From Antedon mediterranea (Eukaryota; Animalia; Echinodermata): a stretch of DNA of 64,000 nt. This document shows positions 60,343 to 64,000 of this stretch, piece by piece. The position numbers and the translations under genes are program-made. The stretch is from assembly GCF_964355755.1 (NCBI RefSeq), contig NC_092671.1, forward strand, positions 12,152,001 through 12,216,000. The letters run 5' to 3'. How positions within the stretch are numbered: the first letter of the stretch is position 1; each line of letters starts with the position of its first letter. The notes under the pieces were generated by a model, which had not been told where the DNA came from, searched no databases, and saw only the letters and a list, made by a program, of their open reading frames with translations.

Positions 60343-61357
60343 TGTTTCTCAATAATAGCCCGTAATGGAGGCAACCTAGGGTGATAGGATGTGACCAATG
60401 GCAATCTGGTCGGGTTTGGCTGACGTGGTTTTACGTCAGCGTTTGACATCGAGGAATATCTTTTGCTTTCTTTATAGCAGTTTCGATGTATTCCTTCTTG
60501 TAATTTCTATTCCGGAAATGTCCGGTTAGACTGCCGGTTAGTTCTTCGGTATGATTCTGAAAATCTAAATCTGAAGAACAGATTCGTCTGATACGTAATG
60601 CTTAACTGTACGGTATGTTCTTAGTACAGTGTCGGGGATGACAACTGCTAGGGAGCAGGTACATATTTTTGTCCGTGGGTTTACGGAATATGTCAGTTTT
60701 GAGTTTACCATTTTCTTTGGTCACTATAGTGTCCAAAAAATCAACGCTACTAGTGGATTTGGTAGCTGTAAATTTGATAGTTGGGTGTGCTGAATTAATA
60801 TTGAGAGGAAAAGATTCCAAATTATCTTCACCATAGGTCCAGATCATGAATATGTCGTCAATGTATCTAAACCAAACAAGTGGTTTATTAGGTTGGAGGG
60901 ACAGAAAATTGGCCTCAACTTGTCCCATAAATAAATTTGCAAAAGATGGCGCCATTTGTGTGCCCATTGCTGTGCCATGAATTTGAAGGTAATGGTCATT
61001 TCCAAAAATTGTTGGTTGTTAGAATCAACATGACCAGTTCTCGTAAATGAGCTTTAGTAGGCGTTTTGCCTGGAATTTGTAAGTAATTTAAAATACATGC
61101 GTCGGCTCCTTCTTCGTGAGGGATATTAGTATACAATGATGAAACATCTAATGTAGCCAGAACAGAATTATTAGGTAAATTTTGAATTTGGTTAATTTTG
61201 CGGATAAAATCCGTGGAGTCCTGAATGTATGAAGGGAGATCAGTCACATATGGTCTAAGTAAATCATCCACATATTCAGAAATTTTCTCTGTAGCAGTGC
61301 CATTGCCCGAAATAATGGTTCTACCAGGATTGCCTGCTTTGTGGATTTTAGGTAGGT
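60343..61357 (-). mobile_element. Penelope-like element reverse transcriptase fragment (disrupted)
   Basis: LPKIHK.GNPGR.IISG, LATLDVSSLYTNIPH, G.AMGTQMAPSFANLFM, WFRYIDDIF, DFLD, FRKPTD..YL...SCHP; frameshift near 60995, stop at 60602; the GIY-YIG part is absent. Confidence 0.9.
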
Positions 61358-61359
61358 TC

Positions 61360-64000
61360 TAATGTTTTTATTATATTTGGATTTCGATACCTTAAAAACA
61401 TCCCCCCTGGTTTGCGGGTATTTAGATCTTTCTGCCTCGATATTATCAAATTATGAAAGATTTTAAAAGTTTGAATTAAATCCATTCTTTTCTTTCTAAA
61501 AGCAAATCCAATAACTTCAATCTCTCTGCATATGGCTTACTCCTCAATTCATATACTAACCTTGTGGATCTCTGTTGGACTTTTTCTAAATGATTGTAAT
61601 CTTTCTGATACAGTGGTGTCCAAGAACTACCACCATATTCCAATATAGGTCTGATCATAGATTGTACAGATACATATTCTTTCTTTTCATTTCTTTCATT
61701 TATTTGGCATCTCAATAAATAACCTTAAAAATACATCAATAATATATAAAATCACCTTAAATATTAATATACATGTAATTGTTATAATATATAACTCATA
61801 CTATCAAGATACTTGAAAGATCTAGTCACCATACCGAGTATTCTGTTAGCAGATTTAACAACCTTGGAAGTAATTTATGATCAATCAGTATTCCTAAATC
61901 CGTTTCTTGAGAAACGCTATCAATACCAACTTTGTTACACCAAGGCCAATAAAGTATTCATACATCAAATTCTTTGACCTAAAATGAATGACTTTACACT
62001 TGGTCAAATTAAACGGTAGCTGCCAAAATAAAGTATTAATACATCCAATTCTTTGACCTAAAATGAATGACTTTATACTTGGTCAATTTAAACGGTAGCC
62101 GCTGCCAATCATGAGACCATTTGCACATTGCAGCTATGTCAGTCTGCATTAAATTTCTATCTGAATCGGATTTAATTATTCTGAACAACTTTGTATCGTC
62201 TGCAAAGAGCTTAATGACCGATTGGGAAATAGCGTCTGGTAGATCATTTATAAAAATGACAAATAATAATGGCCCCAGGACACTGCCCTGAGGCATTCGG
62301 CTAATAAAATCTCGCCACACCGACTTATTCCCATTTACCACAACTCTTTGTTTTCGATCACTCAAAAAAGACTCGATCCACCTTAACAAGTTGCTAGAAA
62401 TACCACAAGACCTGAGTTTAGATAGCAATCTACCATGAGGCACTTTATCAAAGGCCTTCTGAAAGTCAAAATAAATACAATCAAAAGAAAAACCTTTATC
62501 CAACCATACTGACCACAAATCAATTACCTCAATTAACTGAGTTGTACACGACTTGCCAGAGCAAAAACCATGTTGTTGATCTGAAATTAAATGATGTGAT
62601 TCTAGATGTTTGTATATTTTGTCTTTAACAAGTTTTTCCATTGACTTACACATTACAGAAGTTAAGCTAACTGGTCTTTAATTGAGAAGTTCAGACTTAT
62701 CACCTTTTTTATACAAAGGGACAACATCGGCTCTTCTCCAAGAGCATGGAACTACTCCTTCAAACATCAATTTATTAAAAAGTAAAGTAACTACTCCATC
62801 AGTTGTTTCTGAAGTTTCTTTCAATACATGAGAATTAATCATGTCTGAACCAGGAGATTTATTTACATCTAAGCTCTTGAAATATTCAATAACTTCGTCT
62901 ACTTCAAACATAACTGAATCGATCAAAGCATCCGTCTTTACTTCATCAAAATTGGGAGGTTGGGTTAAATCTTCCTCAGTAAAAACCTAAATAAAGGCAG
63001 TATTAAAAACTTCTGCTTTCATTGAATTAGAAGACACAAAAACTCCATTTTTATCTTTCAAGTCAATCTCCAACTACTGTACTAAAATGTGATATGAATT
63101 GAAATTTTCTACCTTCCTTAACAAATCTTCAAGCAACTCATTATTGGCCGGTGTACTATTGGGACTTCTATAAATACATCTGATCCAAATTGTTTCATCT
63201 GTTGAAAGTTTCAAATTTAAACAAATGGATTCAGTATACTCTGCCTTCAAACAAACGTCTAACACTGAATCCCAATACCCTGAACTGAGTTTTCTGGATG
63301 AAAAAACTGATACCCATTAAGACACAAACAATTGAAGTAACTTTCGAATAAATAATTCTTAGGGAAAACTTTGGTTAAAAAAATAAAATCAGGTTGTTCG
63401 TTAGCTATTCTTGCAACCAACTCATCCTTCTTATTAAACAAAGAGTCACAATTTGTGTAAAAACAAGAAAAAAAATGAAGAATTCTTTAAACTAAAGTCT
63501 TTTTCTGATTGCCTAATATGTTCTGTGTTAAATACGCTGAGGTTTTTTCTTTATATGGCCACATCAAATTTCTAGATCCTTCTCGCCCGCCTCGATCCTA
63601 GCATTTAAAGCATGCCGCAACTTTTTATATTCAGACCGCTCTGCTTGGGTTCTATCATGAGATATACTTATATTACAATCTTTATTATTACGGACGCCAT
63701 GCATAAATCTAAACTTGTTCTCCTCATCAAAAAATATAGTTTTTAACGGCCTATATCTATCATCCTCTCGTTTGCCAAGCCTATGACAAAATTTTACTGA
63801 CAATTCTCCATCAATTAACTTCTTTAGCGAGTTAAAATCCTGCAATTTCCTCTTTTTACCATCAGCAGAGTCACCCTCCTTAAGTTTAAAGACAATAACA
63901 TTATTTCTCCGACTAAGTCTTTCAGTCATGTCATCAAATTTCCTTTCAACCATCTCTTCGAAATTTGTATCAGTTTAGTGTTCAGTATGTGTTACTGAAA
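61360..64000 (-). mobile_element. CR1/L2-group LINE, degenerate (ORF1 + AP endonuclease + RT)
   Basis: ORF1 63564-63953 (RRNNVIVFKLKE, RLGK, RPLK, ISHDRT); endonuclease YTNCDSL, IYRSPNS; RT KSPGSD, YFDFQKAFDKVPH, PQGSVLGPLLF, LFADDTKL; multiple frameshifts and an internal deletion. Confidence 0.92.

Noticed and set aside
1-64000. Viperin/RSAD2 partner gene next to CMPK2
   Set aside because: No radical-SAM CxxxCxxC exon noticed in the ORF track or flanks; small exons could be missed, or the gene may lie outside the window.

Overview
AT-rich, intron-containing animal genomic DNA, probably from a marine invertebrate deuterostome such as an echinoderm (inferred from a Deu/Nin-type SINE, CR1 and Penelope-like retroelements, and gene structure). 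Genes assembled by hand from splice sites: an uncharacterised single-coding-exon gene of about 386 aa (+), two tandem 5-exon CMPK2-like genes (+), and an 18-coding-exon classical calpain (-) carrying a U12-type intron. The rest is MITEs, non-autonomous DNA transposons, tRNA-derived SINEs, LINE and Penelope remnants, minisatellites and local duplications. Main observations: (1) both CMPK2-like paralogues have lost the Walker-A GKT motif but keep a near-identical N-terminal domain that resembles bacterial DUF3293, suggesting kinase-dead effector proteins; (2) TAGGCCTA is strongly over-represented, appears as a TA>TAGGCCTA insertion between duplicated copies, and has added in-frame dipeptides to these genes; (3) there are two minimal Penelope-type hammerhead ribozyme motifs. 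All family assignments come from motif recognition; no database searches were run.
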